A stretch of 64,000 bases of DNA. It comes from Marsupella aquatica (taxonomy: Eukaryota; Plantae; Marchantiophyta). The stretch covers positions 15,158,645-15,222,644 of the forward strand of contig OZ316893.1 of the NCBI GenBank assembly GCA_973895155.1, read 5' to 3'. The position numbers and the translations under genes are program-made. Below the pieces are notes generated by a model. It searched no databases and was not told the origin of the DNA. It saw only the letters and a program-made list of their open reading frames with translations. Positions 1-10,264 of this stretch are shown here, one piece after another (position 1 is the first letter of the stretch; each line of letters opens with the position of its first letter).

Positions 1-499
1 AACTGCGGTGAGCCCTAGAGTCACAAGACTAAGAGCAATACTCAACAGTGTGCAGGGCCGAGATGGCGAGTTTCTTGGAGCGGGAGAGGTTGACAAGAAT
101 ATCCTTTGTGAGCTTTTTTTTTCCATGCAAGCTGTGAACATTTTCTACTTCTTGAATATTATTGAGTTGAGAGTTAGTAGAACTCTCGTTTGAGTTACAG
201 ATAGTGCATTTTATTATGATCACCCGATGGGGGACTTGGTCTCATTTTCAGAAATTCTCCTCATCTATTCAGTCTGTGCTGCCCGGATCCAAAGTCGTGC
301 AACAGAGCATGGCGGAGGTGGTGGAGGAATCCATGTGAGTGACACTTTGAGGATGAGTGAAGGAGAAATTACGGAGGTGCAAGAGGAGTGGAGCTCTAAA
401 GAGTCCAATTTGAATGGCCTGAATCACCTTAATGATGATGAGGAGATTGATGTTGATAGTCTTGATATGTCAAACATAATTTATGAGGTCTGAAAAAGA

Positions 500-1594
500 G
501 TGTTTGGAATGACTTCAGAAATCTTGGAGCAATTTAGATATGTTTACAGTAGTTACAAAGAAGATTTTGTGATGACTGTGAAACAGGATAAGCTCCATTT
601 GCCAGTTATTAAGGAGGCAGCAAAGTCAAACTTTTTTATGCAGGCTATAACTAACCCTTCTCACAATGCGTGGGTACAGCAAGGCTCATAGAGTTGGTAA
701 GGGTGCCACAGGAGGTTGGTTAAAGAATATGGCCTTACTAGTTGGATTACCTCTGACAGTTTTCACAAATTGGAGTGGGAGAGCAATGTTGGTGACACAC
801 ATGGATGCTAAGAGAGTGTCTGGCGAGGTAGGCATGGGGATTACTGGCCATCAGAGTACTGGAGGTTACGAGAGGTATGACCAAACTCAGAGACTGAAAA
901 TTGAGGCTACAACATTAGTATCTGCAAATCCGAAGCTAGATTATGAGCAAGCATTGATTCATGTGTCGAAAACATTCGTGGAGGAGGAACTAGTTGGGTC
1001 TTCTTCAGCATTGAAACTCCTGATTGGCAGGTGAGCAATAAATGCAACCTGCAGATAGCATTGACAAAGGGATCAGAGGTATGTGAGTTACTGATTGTCA
1101 ATTAGTTGCCTAGCTGTGACGTTGATTTGTCTATTTGCTGATCTGCATTTATTTGGTGACTCTTGGCAGGAATCTGAGAAATCACAGGATGATGAGATTT
1201 CTGGTACGCAGTGGCCACTCATGAAGCAAAATCAGGTGAACACATTTGGAAATTTTTTCCGTTGTCTATGTTTCCCTTTAAAAACGGTTTCAGTTATCTG
1301 ACTGCAAAATTTAATTTGTGTTTCTCTTAGGAGCCAAATGCTTTGAAGTTGTTGGAGGCAAAGAGCAATGAACTTTCTATGTTCCCTTACTATGATAATG
1401 GGGTCAACTACGAGGCTGAATTTGCAAAAGATTCAATCCTCTGTGGAAGAATGTGTGGGTTGTTTAAAAGACCTAATGCTTCTGTGAAAAATAGCCTCAC
1501 CAGAAATCAGTTTCACAATTGTTCAGTGACCATCAAGATTGTACAGTTGACTAAAGAGGAGGAGGACAAGGAGAACATGGCTTCATCAACTTAG
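500..1594 (+). pseudogene. Crypton-like tyrosine recombinase (DUF3504-type) C-terminal part, frameshifted, probably intron-containing; 5' part lies upstream or outside the window
   Basis: ORFs 500-691 and 666-1034 join across a frameshift to give FFMQAITNPSHNAW/YSKAHRVGKGATGGWLKNMALLVGLPLTVFTNWSGRAMLVTHMDAKRVSGEVGMGITGHQSTGGYERY. This matches the Crypton pattern WY..G...M...GL...FTNHS.R....TGH.S...Y, with the HxxR His replaced by Trp. GT-AG intron-like gaps start near 1031 and 1236, and the last segment contains QFHNCSVTIKI. Confidence 0.7.
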
Positions 1595-2319
1595 ATTCAA
1601 TAGATTAGTAATAGAGCCCATTGATACTACATTTAACAATAGAGGACACAAATTAGTGCTATACTACATTGAGTTTTTAGGACTAGTAGAGCATAGAGAT
1701 TGAATCTGCCAACATTTTGTTTACAAGTGTAATTGAGCAACAGTTTGTTTACGATAGGTCAAGTGTGAAATACCACAACATATATTGTAAATGTTTTTTG
1801 CATTCAATTTTGACCTTTGTGAGTCTTTCAAATCCGACTCTAGGGTGACTCAGCACCTTGGTCCTCTTTAAATAAAGTGGAATCCTTTTCTCAAATAAAT
1901 GTGTTCATTTTGTAGTGTCATGATGCTATGCAATCTGATTGGATGTTCAATTAAAGAGAAGGGAAAATTGAGACGTGAATTTTAAAATGAGAATTGAGGA
2001 TGTGAAACCATTGACCGCGGCTGGCTGGAGAATTGAATATATACTGCATGAATTGATGCACTGGCTGATGATGCTAACCAGAAATTTTTAAATTGCACGG
2101 ATGGGATATCTAAGATACTATTTCCAACTCCATAAGGCATTATGTAGTATAAGGCTATTACGTAGTTCTGTCCATACATTACAAGGAGCAGTTATGTCAA
2201 GAAGCATTATTATGCAAATGGCGACCTCTTACGGAAATGTACACCAGACGGTAACCAGGACTGGAGACCAAGATTACGTGCAATTACCACAACCCCAGTC
2301 CTTCCATCCCTTTTCATGG

Positions 2320-4676
2320 TGTGACAGGGCCCCAAACCTGGTAGTAACTTAGTAATGACTTATAATTGCGTATATAAGTAGAAAGACAACTAGGTGTAGC
2401 AAAAGTGTTTGGATTTTCAAATTTTAATTTTTTATTGGTTTAATAAATTGATGCGGCAACCGGAGGCCGGAGTTAAGAGGGGTGTCAAGCGGTGATGGAT
2501 GACAATGGAGCCATTGAGGGGTACAAGGAGGCCAAAAGACAGCCCAAGGACTTGGAGGGCAAGGTGTGGGCATCTCGGATGGGTGGAGGCTGGCCGGAGG
2601 CTCCACATAAGGCGCAAAATGGGAAGAATGATCAAAATATAGAATACGTTGAAATTTAAAATAGACGTTGTTGTGCTAGTACTATTCCAAACATGGTCAT
2701 GTTTGGATTCATTTTGAAGCCCTGAATGAGCCCCATGCAAAACTGGGATTTCCTAGTTGATATTAGGTCTGTATCAAACTGTGGCATCTTGAGGGACCTC
2801 AAGGCCCGTAAAACAACAAAACTAGACAATCTTGGAGTAGTGATGGTGGGAGGGCCGTTAGAAGGAAGGGGCTCCCACATTTTCCTTACTCACCCATAGT
2901 CTCCCACATTTTCCTTCCATATCCGTAGTCTCCCAGAGTTTCCTTCCTCATCCGTAGTCTCCCACATTTTCCTTCCTCACTCCGGGCCCCCACACTTTCT
3001 TCCTTCACTTTTTCTCTTTTCTCACTCGTATGTACGGACCCTGGTCCTACAACCATCAGATTTTTTACCATCTTAGAATCAAGAGTTTACGGGCTTTTGG
3101 AAAGAGCTCGCCGAGCCAATCCAATGATGTGTCACATGGCCAAAATAGAGCTAAGATGAAGGAGATAGGGTTTAGGGTTTAGGGTTTTTTGAGAATATGG
3201 GAGTTTTGAGGCTGTACGGACGTCCGTACTACAAGATGTCCCGGCTTTCCAAGGGAAGGAGGAAGTAGCAACACCTACAAGGACCGTGATCTGTGTTTTG
3301 AAAAGCCAGGGTGGTGTGTTGTACGGATGGAGAGGAGGGAGACGGTGCCCCAATTATGATAAAAACATAAACAACCGTATCTCGACCGTTTGACCTCTGT
3401 TTTGTGCGTTGTTTATGGAGCCGTGATCAGGAAGAGCAAGGCTCCTAAGATATTTTATCAGAAGTGAATATTAAGAACATTTTAGTTTTGACAATTGTTT
3501 GGGGCCCCTCCTTTTACGGTGGACTGGTGGTGGCAATAAAGAGGATAGTAGGCCATACGGATGTTAGCCGTATGGATTATCATTTCCAACACATCTAAGA
3601 ATGGTCAACTCACGGGCTTGGAAGGAGTTTGAGGAGCCAGTTCCGGCAAGGTGTGGCGCTCCCCAAACGGAGCCAAAACAAATAAGTTATGAGCCCAGGA
3701 GTTTTGGTAGTTTTACGGATTGAGACCCCCGTAACTCGGCCATTTGGGATCCATTTTGGGAGCCGTTTACGGATCCGTGATCAGGAGGAGCAGGGATGTC
3801 CAAGGATCTCCTCAGGGGAGTAGTTTGAATTATCTTAGGTTTTGACCATGGTAGGGCTCCCTCACTTTTCACGGACTACGGATTGTAGCTGGCACCGTCA
3901 AAGGCACAATTAGTTCCATAGTTAGGTTAGGGTTCTATGGGGCATGTGTGTGCCGCATGTTTTAGATTAGTGGATTTTATGAATAGGGTTTAAGCGGCGC
4001 CGCTAGTGTAGCCGCCATCGTTGTGACCCCGTGAGGGATGCTTTGGTGTGGTTGTAGTATTTAGGAGGGAGCCCCATAGTGAATAGTGGGGGAACTCAGT
4101 CTAGTTTTGAGTGTTAGCTTGTAGCATAGAGAGGAAAGTCAGTTGGAGTAGTGAGGTGAGAAGTATTCATTGTCCTAATGAGGCAGGAGTTGAGTAGATG
4201 GTAGGAGGCCGGGTTGCTCATGCTATGTATTACTTTTTCCCCAAAAGATATGGATTTAGCTTGACTCTGCAAAGTTTGTTACGTGTTATGATCTCGTTTC
4301 TTTCATAGTTGTGTTCTTCTCGTAGCCGTTTTGGTGTATTCCTTGTGAAAGGACCCACTAAGTGGATTCTTGAAAGAAGTTACTTTGCAAGGTCTAGTCG
4401 GCCTTGTGAGTGTGAGGAGTGGTGACAGCACTCCACTAGAGACCAAGAGGAAAATAGAGAGTGCAGACCATGGGACTTGATAAAATGAAGGGTGAGCCAA
4501 TCGGCAAACTTGATAAAAAAAATGCAATTTGGGGAGCGAAAACAAATCTACTCATTCCTAGCATGATAAAGTCTAAATAGCGTTCCTCCATGTCCCTATG
4601 ATGCAATTAAAATGGTATTGGTTGTGAAGAAGTGGAAATATATGTACTCAGGGGTTTCATTTCCACAAAAATGACA
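2320..4676 (+). mobile_element. Degenerate solo LTR of the giant-LTR gypsy family, short variant without the ORF
   Basis: Starts TGTGACAGGGCCCC (the family LTR starts TGTGACGGGGTCCC) and ends ...ATGACA. 3030-4600 aligns to the reverse complement of 6360-7450 (e.g. GCGGCGCCGCTAG.GTAGCCGCCATCGTTGTGACCCC, GGAAAGAGCTCG). Flanks CATGG/CATCA match only 3/5. Confidence 0.7.
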
Positions 4677-5239
4677 CATCACGTATGACGAAGTATAAGG
4701 TCATTTTATTGGTTGAAAGAGAAGACTTAAGAAATTTTTCGAGAAGAACAATATGGTATTTTAAATCAAATTTTGAGACTTATAAGAACATTAGGGTCCT
4801 TATAACCAATTTTTTGGAATTTTCTAAGAATATTCTAACTTTATAGGGGTTGAAAAATAACTTTTTTATTTTAGGGGGTCTGAGGCCTAAAAATGTCATA
4901 GGTGATGGGGAGGGATCTATATAGTGAGACCCCCAAGTATATGTAGTTACTGTTCAATAAACAGACGACACGTAGTGTTTGCTTCAGTTCAAAATTATGG
5001 ACAAAGGCAAAGATGAAGGCAAATCAATGCACATTAGCATTGATTAGTCGTATCTAAGTAGCTGCCCACCTTTGGCTGCCTTTGGAATTAAGCTATATAG
5101 TAGGCATGGTTGGGTTTGGACATCAGCTACAACATATTTTTTGAAGGTTTTTTAATTTTTAGCCAGTGTGGCAAATGTCAGCAGCTCTAAGGAAGGAGAT
5201 GCTAGGAATATCCTTAGTCAAATTTTACTAGATTACATC

Positions 5240-5583
5240 TGTTGAGCATAGACGACAATCGCAACGGCAAGCCCATGAACCATCCAACGCACAAGAGTCG
5301 ACATAGAGAGATACATGGTTCACCTCCCCATGAGGCTATGTCCACAGGAACACACATGAGCTTTACTGCACTCTAGCCCGACCGTTCATACCAAGCATCC
5401 ACAGCGCAAGCTCCCTCTATCTCTCAACTAGCTCCGTAACAATGAGCCCGAGTTCCACTCTCCAAGCAAACACCGCTTGGTTATAGAGTGTGCATAGAAT
5501 GACTAACCTAACCAAGTCTACGACTAAGGTTAGCCTTAACTATGGTACAATCGTAACTCTAGACCTAAGAGTAAATCCTAACG
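5240..5583 (-). mobile_element. Solo LTR of the Ty1/copia family seen at 52573-59066
   Basis: Begins TGTTGAGCATAGACGACAATCGCAACGGCAAGCCCATGAACC like the copia LTR and ends AGAGTAAATCCTAACG. TSD ACATC/ACATT. Lacks the 18-bp array. Confidence 0.9.
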
Positions 5584-5716
5584 ACATTATGACTGTCAGA
5601 TATCTCTAGATTTACGGATGACCATTGGATTTTGGCAAATGGGGTCCATGATTAGGTGGAAATGTGGCAAATGGCATTTAAAAATCTAGCAAATGTTAGC
5701 CAAAAGTGGCAAACAC

Positions 5717-5867
5717 TTTTGGGGGAGGTGGAATTTGACTAAAATTCACACCTAAAAAGTACGTTGATCAGCTGCCCCAAGGCTGGCTGGTAGAGCATGT
5801 GAGTCAAGTGAAATAGGTTCTTGGATTGTAGGTGCAAAATTTTGCCAAATTCCACCTCCCCCCAAAA
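5717..5867. repeat. ~38-bp inverted repeat pair (MITE-like hairpin)
   Basis: TTTTGGGGGAGGTGGAATTTGACTAAAATTCACACCTA ... TAGGTGCAAAATTTTGCCAAATTCCACCTCCCCCCAAAA. Confidence 0.6.
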
Positions 5868-6297
5868 CGGAGATAAGTAATCTCATCAATTATCATTGAA
5901 GTCCATCAGTGAACTTGATATAAGTTGTCATGTCATCTTAGAGAGGCACCCGAGTTGTGGCGTGAAAAAAAAGGCAAAAAATAAGTTCGATTTCTTCTAT
6001 CAAAATTTGAGGTTAAATCTTCACTATGGGGTGTCCATATTGTACGGACACCCCATCTTGGTGAGGTCAGCCAAGATGGGGGCACGTATGTACGGTATGG
6101 ACACTAAATGTTTTGGACAAAAAAATCTGACATTTTTGTCAAAAAAAGTTTTGGTTTTTCTTTCCATCTATACGCCCATCTCAGCGAGGTCAGCTTAGAT
6201 GGGGCCTATCTGAGAGACCTAAGAGAGGTGCAAGGCTCTATCTCAACTGCATAACCAAGGTTCACACAAACATTTGACAAAATGATTGATAATTGAT

Positions 6298-9200
6298 TGT
6301 CACTTGCCTATCCAACGATTAATATGTGCAAACCGTACTTTTCTTTGCTCAAACCGTTGGTATCGTATTACGGGGTCGTGGAGGGACGCTATTTGGAGGA
6401 TTTCCACACCTAAGGATGAGTATGTTTGATTCCGCTCCCGGAAGTGTACTTTTTGATCAAGTCTACCGACTGGTCTCTCCGTTTTTGATCAAGTCCAAGG
6501 GACTGGTCCTACCATCTACAACTCATGCCCACCGGGTGAGTGCTGTCACCACCCCCCTCTCATGGACAAGCATACAAACGTTTACAATAAGGTTTGAACA
6601 CTAGTGACAAGGGCAAATGTTTCCACAATGAAACCGACCACATGCACTAGGGGAGGAAAACAAACAACAGAAGCAACAACAAGTGACACACAAAATATTG
6701 GAACCTCAAGCCAAATCCATATCTCTTGGTGTTTCCCATAACACATGCAAGGGCAACCCGGCCTCCTGCCGTCTGCCCAACTCCTGCCTCCCGGGGACAA
6801 GTGCTACGTTCTCCACCTCACTACTCTGGCTTGAATTTCTCCTAATCGGTGCGCTACAAAAGCTACTCAACAGCATCAAAGCACTACGTTGAGTTCCCCC
6901 CCAAACTACTTTGGGGCTCTCCCCCTAAATACCGAAAAAACCACACCAAAGCACCCCTCATGGGGTCACAACGATGGCGGCTACCCTAGCGGCGCCACTA
7001 AAACCCTGCACTAAGAAATCCCTAAACTAAAAAGGCATGCGTCACACACATGCTGCTAAAACCCTAAACCCTAAACAAGGGGCCGACGGTGCCTTCGACG
7101 GCGCCCCAACTGTACTCCGTGAACCCTGAAATTGCAAGGCACCCCACAATGGCTGAAACTAGGTGCCCTATCAACTGTACTTTTGAGCTCACCCTTGGAT
7201 AGCCCTTCTCCTCCTGATCCCGAATCACTCAGCCGCACTCGCAACGGACATCGGACGCCTGAGTTATGGTCGTTTCCGTATCGAGAAAACACAATTTTGT
7301 CGGGCCATAACTTGCTCATCCTGACTCTGTTTGAGGAGCGCCGCCTCTTGTTGGAATCAGCTCCGCGAGCTCTTTCCAACGAGCCCGTGAGTGACCCCTC
7401 ACAAAAAATTTGGAAATCCAGAGGCCGTACAACCACATCCGTACGACTATCTACTCCTCCTCTTCTTCACTCTCGGTGCCCTGGCTTGTGCCCCGTGAGT
7501 GGGCCTCCTCTTCATCACTCACGGGAGTGAGTGCCACCTCACTTTTCTTCTTCTTTATTGGGGTACTCTTCGTGCTGCCGCTCCCTTGCTTCCTCAAAGT
7601 GGCCAAGGCCTGCCACGCCTTGATGTACCCCTCACCAATGGTGTCCTTCCATAGGGTAGCCTCTTCTCCGGACCGCAACTCCAACGGTAGAACTTGCCCT
7701 GTGGCCATGGGAGTCCCGGGGGTGACAGACCTGGGTGGCATCCCCGTACTGACCTGAGCCTCCCGTAACGATTTCCGTACCTCCCGGAGCTTCTTCTCCA
7801 AGCCCTTGCTCTTCTCTTGACTCTTCTTGGCTCCATCCAACAAGGGCCCATACTTCCCACTAACCTCCTTCACCACCATCTCAATAGCCTGGGAGATCAA
7901 ATCCGGGGAAAGTGTGGAGCTAGGTGTGCCGAGGCTCTTCCGTTTCCCAAGACTCAAGGCCTCACTCCTCTTTGCTCGTGTCTCAAAGGCGGCCACCTGA
8001 CTCCGTAGTGCTCCCACCTGGTTTCTCCACTCCACCACTTCTCCAAAATTCTGCTTCTCTTTGGCCAATGGTTGTCTCAACGCTCCCACCTCTTCTGCTT
8101 CCTTGGCCTTGGTGGACAAGGCTCCCTTCAAGTTGGAGATCTCTACGTGAGCTGCTTGGAGAAGCTTAACCTTCTCATGAATGGTCCCCTCCTTGGCCTT
8201 GATCACCTCCTTCAGAGACAGGGTACTCTGCTCTAACGTCTCTACTCTGGCTGAGGCGTGCTTGAGAGAATCTCTCAATGCGTGGATTAGCTTGAGTCCC
8301 TCATGGACTCCCTCTCTGAAATCCCGTAGCTCTGCCAAGTAAACATCCGGAATGTTGTAGACCAGGGGCTTTTTCGGATCTCCCACGAGTGATTCAAGCC
8401 ACTCCAACGTGTAGTCCTCATCCTGGTTTTCTTCTCCTCTATCTTCATCCCCACCGGCCGACGATGATTCCTCCGTGAGCTTCCCTATAATGGTAGTGGC
8501 AATACTCCGGATCTCCGTGGTGAGAGATGATCTCGTGTCTTCCTGTCCCGGGGAACCAATCAACCCTTCTGCCCTGGCCAATACAAATGACCCCATCAAA
8601 TGTACAGCCCCACCTGGTTTCACACTCCCGGGATCCGCGGCCAACAGCTTCTTCAACCCGTAGTACCACCATCCGTACACATGGGCTGGGTGGTTCTTGA
8701 TGTCCATAGCTACCACGAAATGCTCTTCACTCACCACCCCGGATTGCACGTTGCCAAGGACCCGTTGATGAACCTTGGCCAGGAATCCCTTATACTCAAC
8801 ATCCTTGACAGCGGAAAGAGGGATGGCAGTGGTGGAGGTGGGATTAATCACCCAAGTGGCCACCATCTTCAACGTGAGTTCTCCCCTAATGTGCCGAGGT
8901 GTGAATGAGAATTTCTGATTCCCCAAAAATAGCAGCCTAGCCAACTCCACATGGGGCACTACACGTTTGAGACATTCAAAGTAGATTCCCTCCGTTCGTA
9001 ACTCCATCCCGACCTCAATGTCCCAGCTCTTCCCCGGAGGGATGGTAATCTCCACCTTCATGAATTCTGTAACCCCAGTGGCTTGGAAAATATTCCGACA
9101 ATCCTCCATCACTTTGGCGGAGGTCTTGGGATAAATTCGACGAAAAATCCTCCTACCCACCGGTGTGGAACCTGCTGCCAATCCCGTGCTCATCGTAGCT

Positions 9201-10264
9201 TCTCTCTCTTCTCTCTCCCTTGCAATCAAAGTCTCCACGTAGTCACGGTAAGCAGCCTTGTATCTCCGAATGCGTGCCACACTAAACTCCGGTTGATCTA
9301 GCATTCATGCATCCTGAAATCAAATTCTCAATCACCAAATCCCGTCACCCGTAGCAATGTCAATTCCCTGGCCCGAAACAGCCCCCGTAGCCCAATTAAT
9401 TTATTTCTCTCAATCCCCTCCGTCGTCACTCCATGTTGCTGTCATTAATGCCCGGACAGTCCCCGCAATCCCCCATGAGTGAGCCTTGAGAAGAATTGGA
9501 GAGAAAGCTCAAATAATTGTAACATAAGGAGAAAGCTTTCCGCAATAAGGGAGAGAAACTCGAGTTTGCTTTCGGCAAGAGAAGGGTCGTGTGAAAAGGA
9601 GAAAAGAGGGGAGAGAAAAAACAACGAAAACCCCCCCGGGAGCAGCTTTTTGCCTTGCGCCCCGGAGCCCTCCTATGTCCCGACTCGCGGGAGTCCCCCT
9701 TCCTCGCAGCTCGCGGCTCGCGGCTCACTCGCGAACGCTTCCCCTTCCTCGCACGGCAGCTCGCGGACCTCCTTAGGAGGGATTTATTTAAAAACCCCCC
9801 ATACTCCTCACTCGCGGCAGCTCGCAGCAGCTCCCGCCCTCTGCAGGGCTCGCAGCTCGCTCGCGGACGCTTCCCCTTCCTCGCACGGCAGCTCGCGGCT
9901 CGTAGCTCGCAGCTCGCCCCTCGCAGAAGGATTTAATGGGGGTTTAATTAAACCCCCCATACTCCTCCAGTCCTGCCTGAGTGTTGCTTTAGAAGGGGTG
10001 TTACCAAAAAATTAAAAATGCTTATTTCCCGGACTTCCTTACCTTCCCGGAAAGTCACAATTTTAAACCCCCCCAGGTTTTTGCCCCATAATTAACCCGG
10101 GTCTAGACAAAACTGTTGGGGTCTCCGACTATCCCGAGATGCTTTAAAAAAACTTTATAGATTTAAAGAACATTTAAAAAAAACTCGCGTCTATGGGCTT
10201 ATTTATTTACAGGTGTCTTGCTGGTGACACTAATGGTGATTTACCGTGGCGGGACCCCGTCACA
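6298..10264 (-). repeat. Giant 3' LTR (3967 bp) containing a protein-coding ORF
   Basis: Starts TGTGACGGGG immediately after the PPT and runs to the TSD. A homologous unit stands alone with its own TSD at 37512-41892. Confidence 0.88.
7451..9304 (-). CDS. LTR-encoded 617-aa protein: globular N-terminal region (possibly related to Athila ORF2/env-like accessory proteins), acidic linker, long coiled-coil, basic/acidic tail
   Basis: Intact ATG-to-TAG ORF, same sense as pol. Colinear homolog at 38599-40460. Heptad-rich segment LRDSLKHASARVETLEQSTLSLKEVIKAKE..., and a PIKKKK NLS-like motif near the C-terminus. Confidence 0.85.
   Translation of the reverse strand: MLDQPEFSVARIRRYKAAYRDYVETLIAREREEREATMSTGLAAGSTPVGRRIFRRIYPKTSAKVMEDCRNIFQATGVTEFMKVEITIPPGKSWDIEVGMELRTEGIYFECLKRVVPHVELARLLFLGNQKFSFTPRHIRGELTLKMVATWVINPTSTTAIPLSAVKDVEYKGFLAKVHQRVLGNVQSGVVSEEHFVVAMDIKNHPAHVYGWWYYGLKKLLAADPGSVKPGGAVHLMGSFVLARAEGLIGSPGQEDTRSSLTTEIRSIATTIIGKLTEESSSAGGDEDRGEENQDEDYTLEWLESLVGDPKKPLVYNIPDVYLAELRDFREGVHEGLKLIHALRDSLKHASARVETLEQSTLSLKEVIKAKEGTIHEKVKLLQAAHVEISNLKGALSTKAKEAEEVGALRQPLAKEKQNFGEVVEWRNQVGALRSQVAAFETRAKRSEALSLGKRKSLGTPSSTLSPDLISQAIEMVVKEVSGKYGPLLDGAKKSQEKSKGLEKKLREVRKSLREAQVSTGMPPRSVTPGTPMATGQVLPLELRSGEEATLWKDTIGEGYIKAWQALATLRKQGSGSTKSTPIKKKKSEVALTPVSDEEEAHSRGTSQGTESEEEEE

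Noticed and set aside
3167-3190. AGGGTTT repeats as telomeric sequence
   Set aside because: Only three units, inside an LTR. These are common telo-box-like motifs, not a telomere.
6358-6370. TGGTATC as a possible PBS or element start
   Set aside because: Homology with the solo copy extends 60 bp further left to TGTCAC, where the TSDs match. The second copy reads TGTTATC here.
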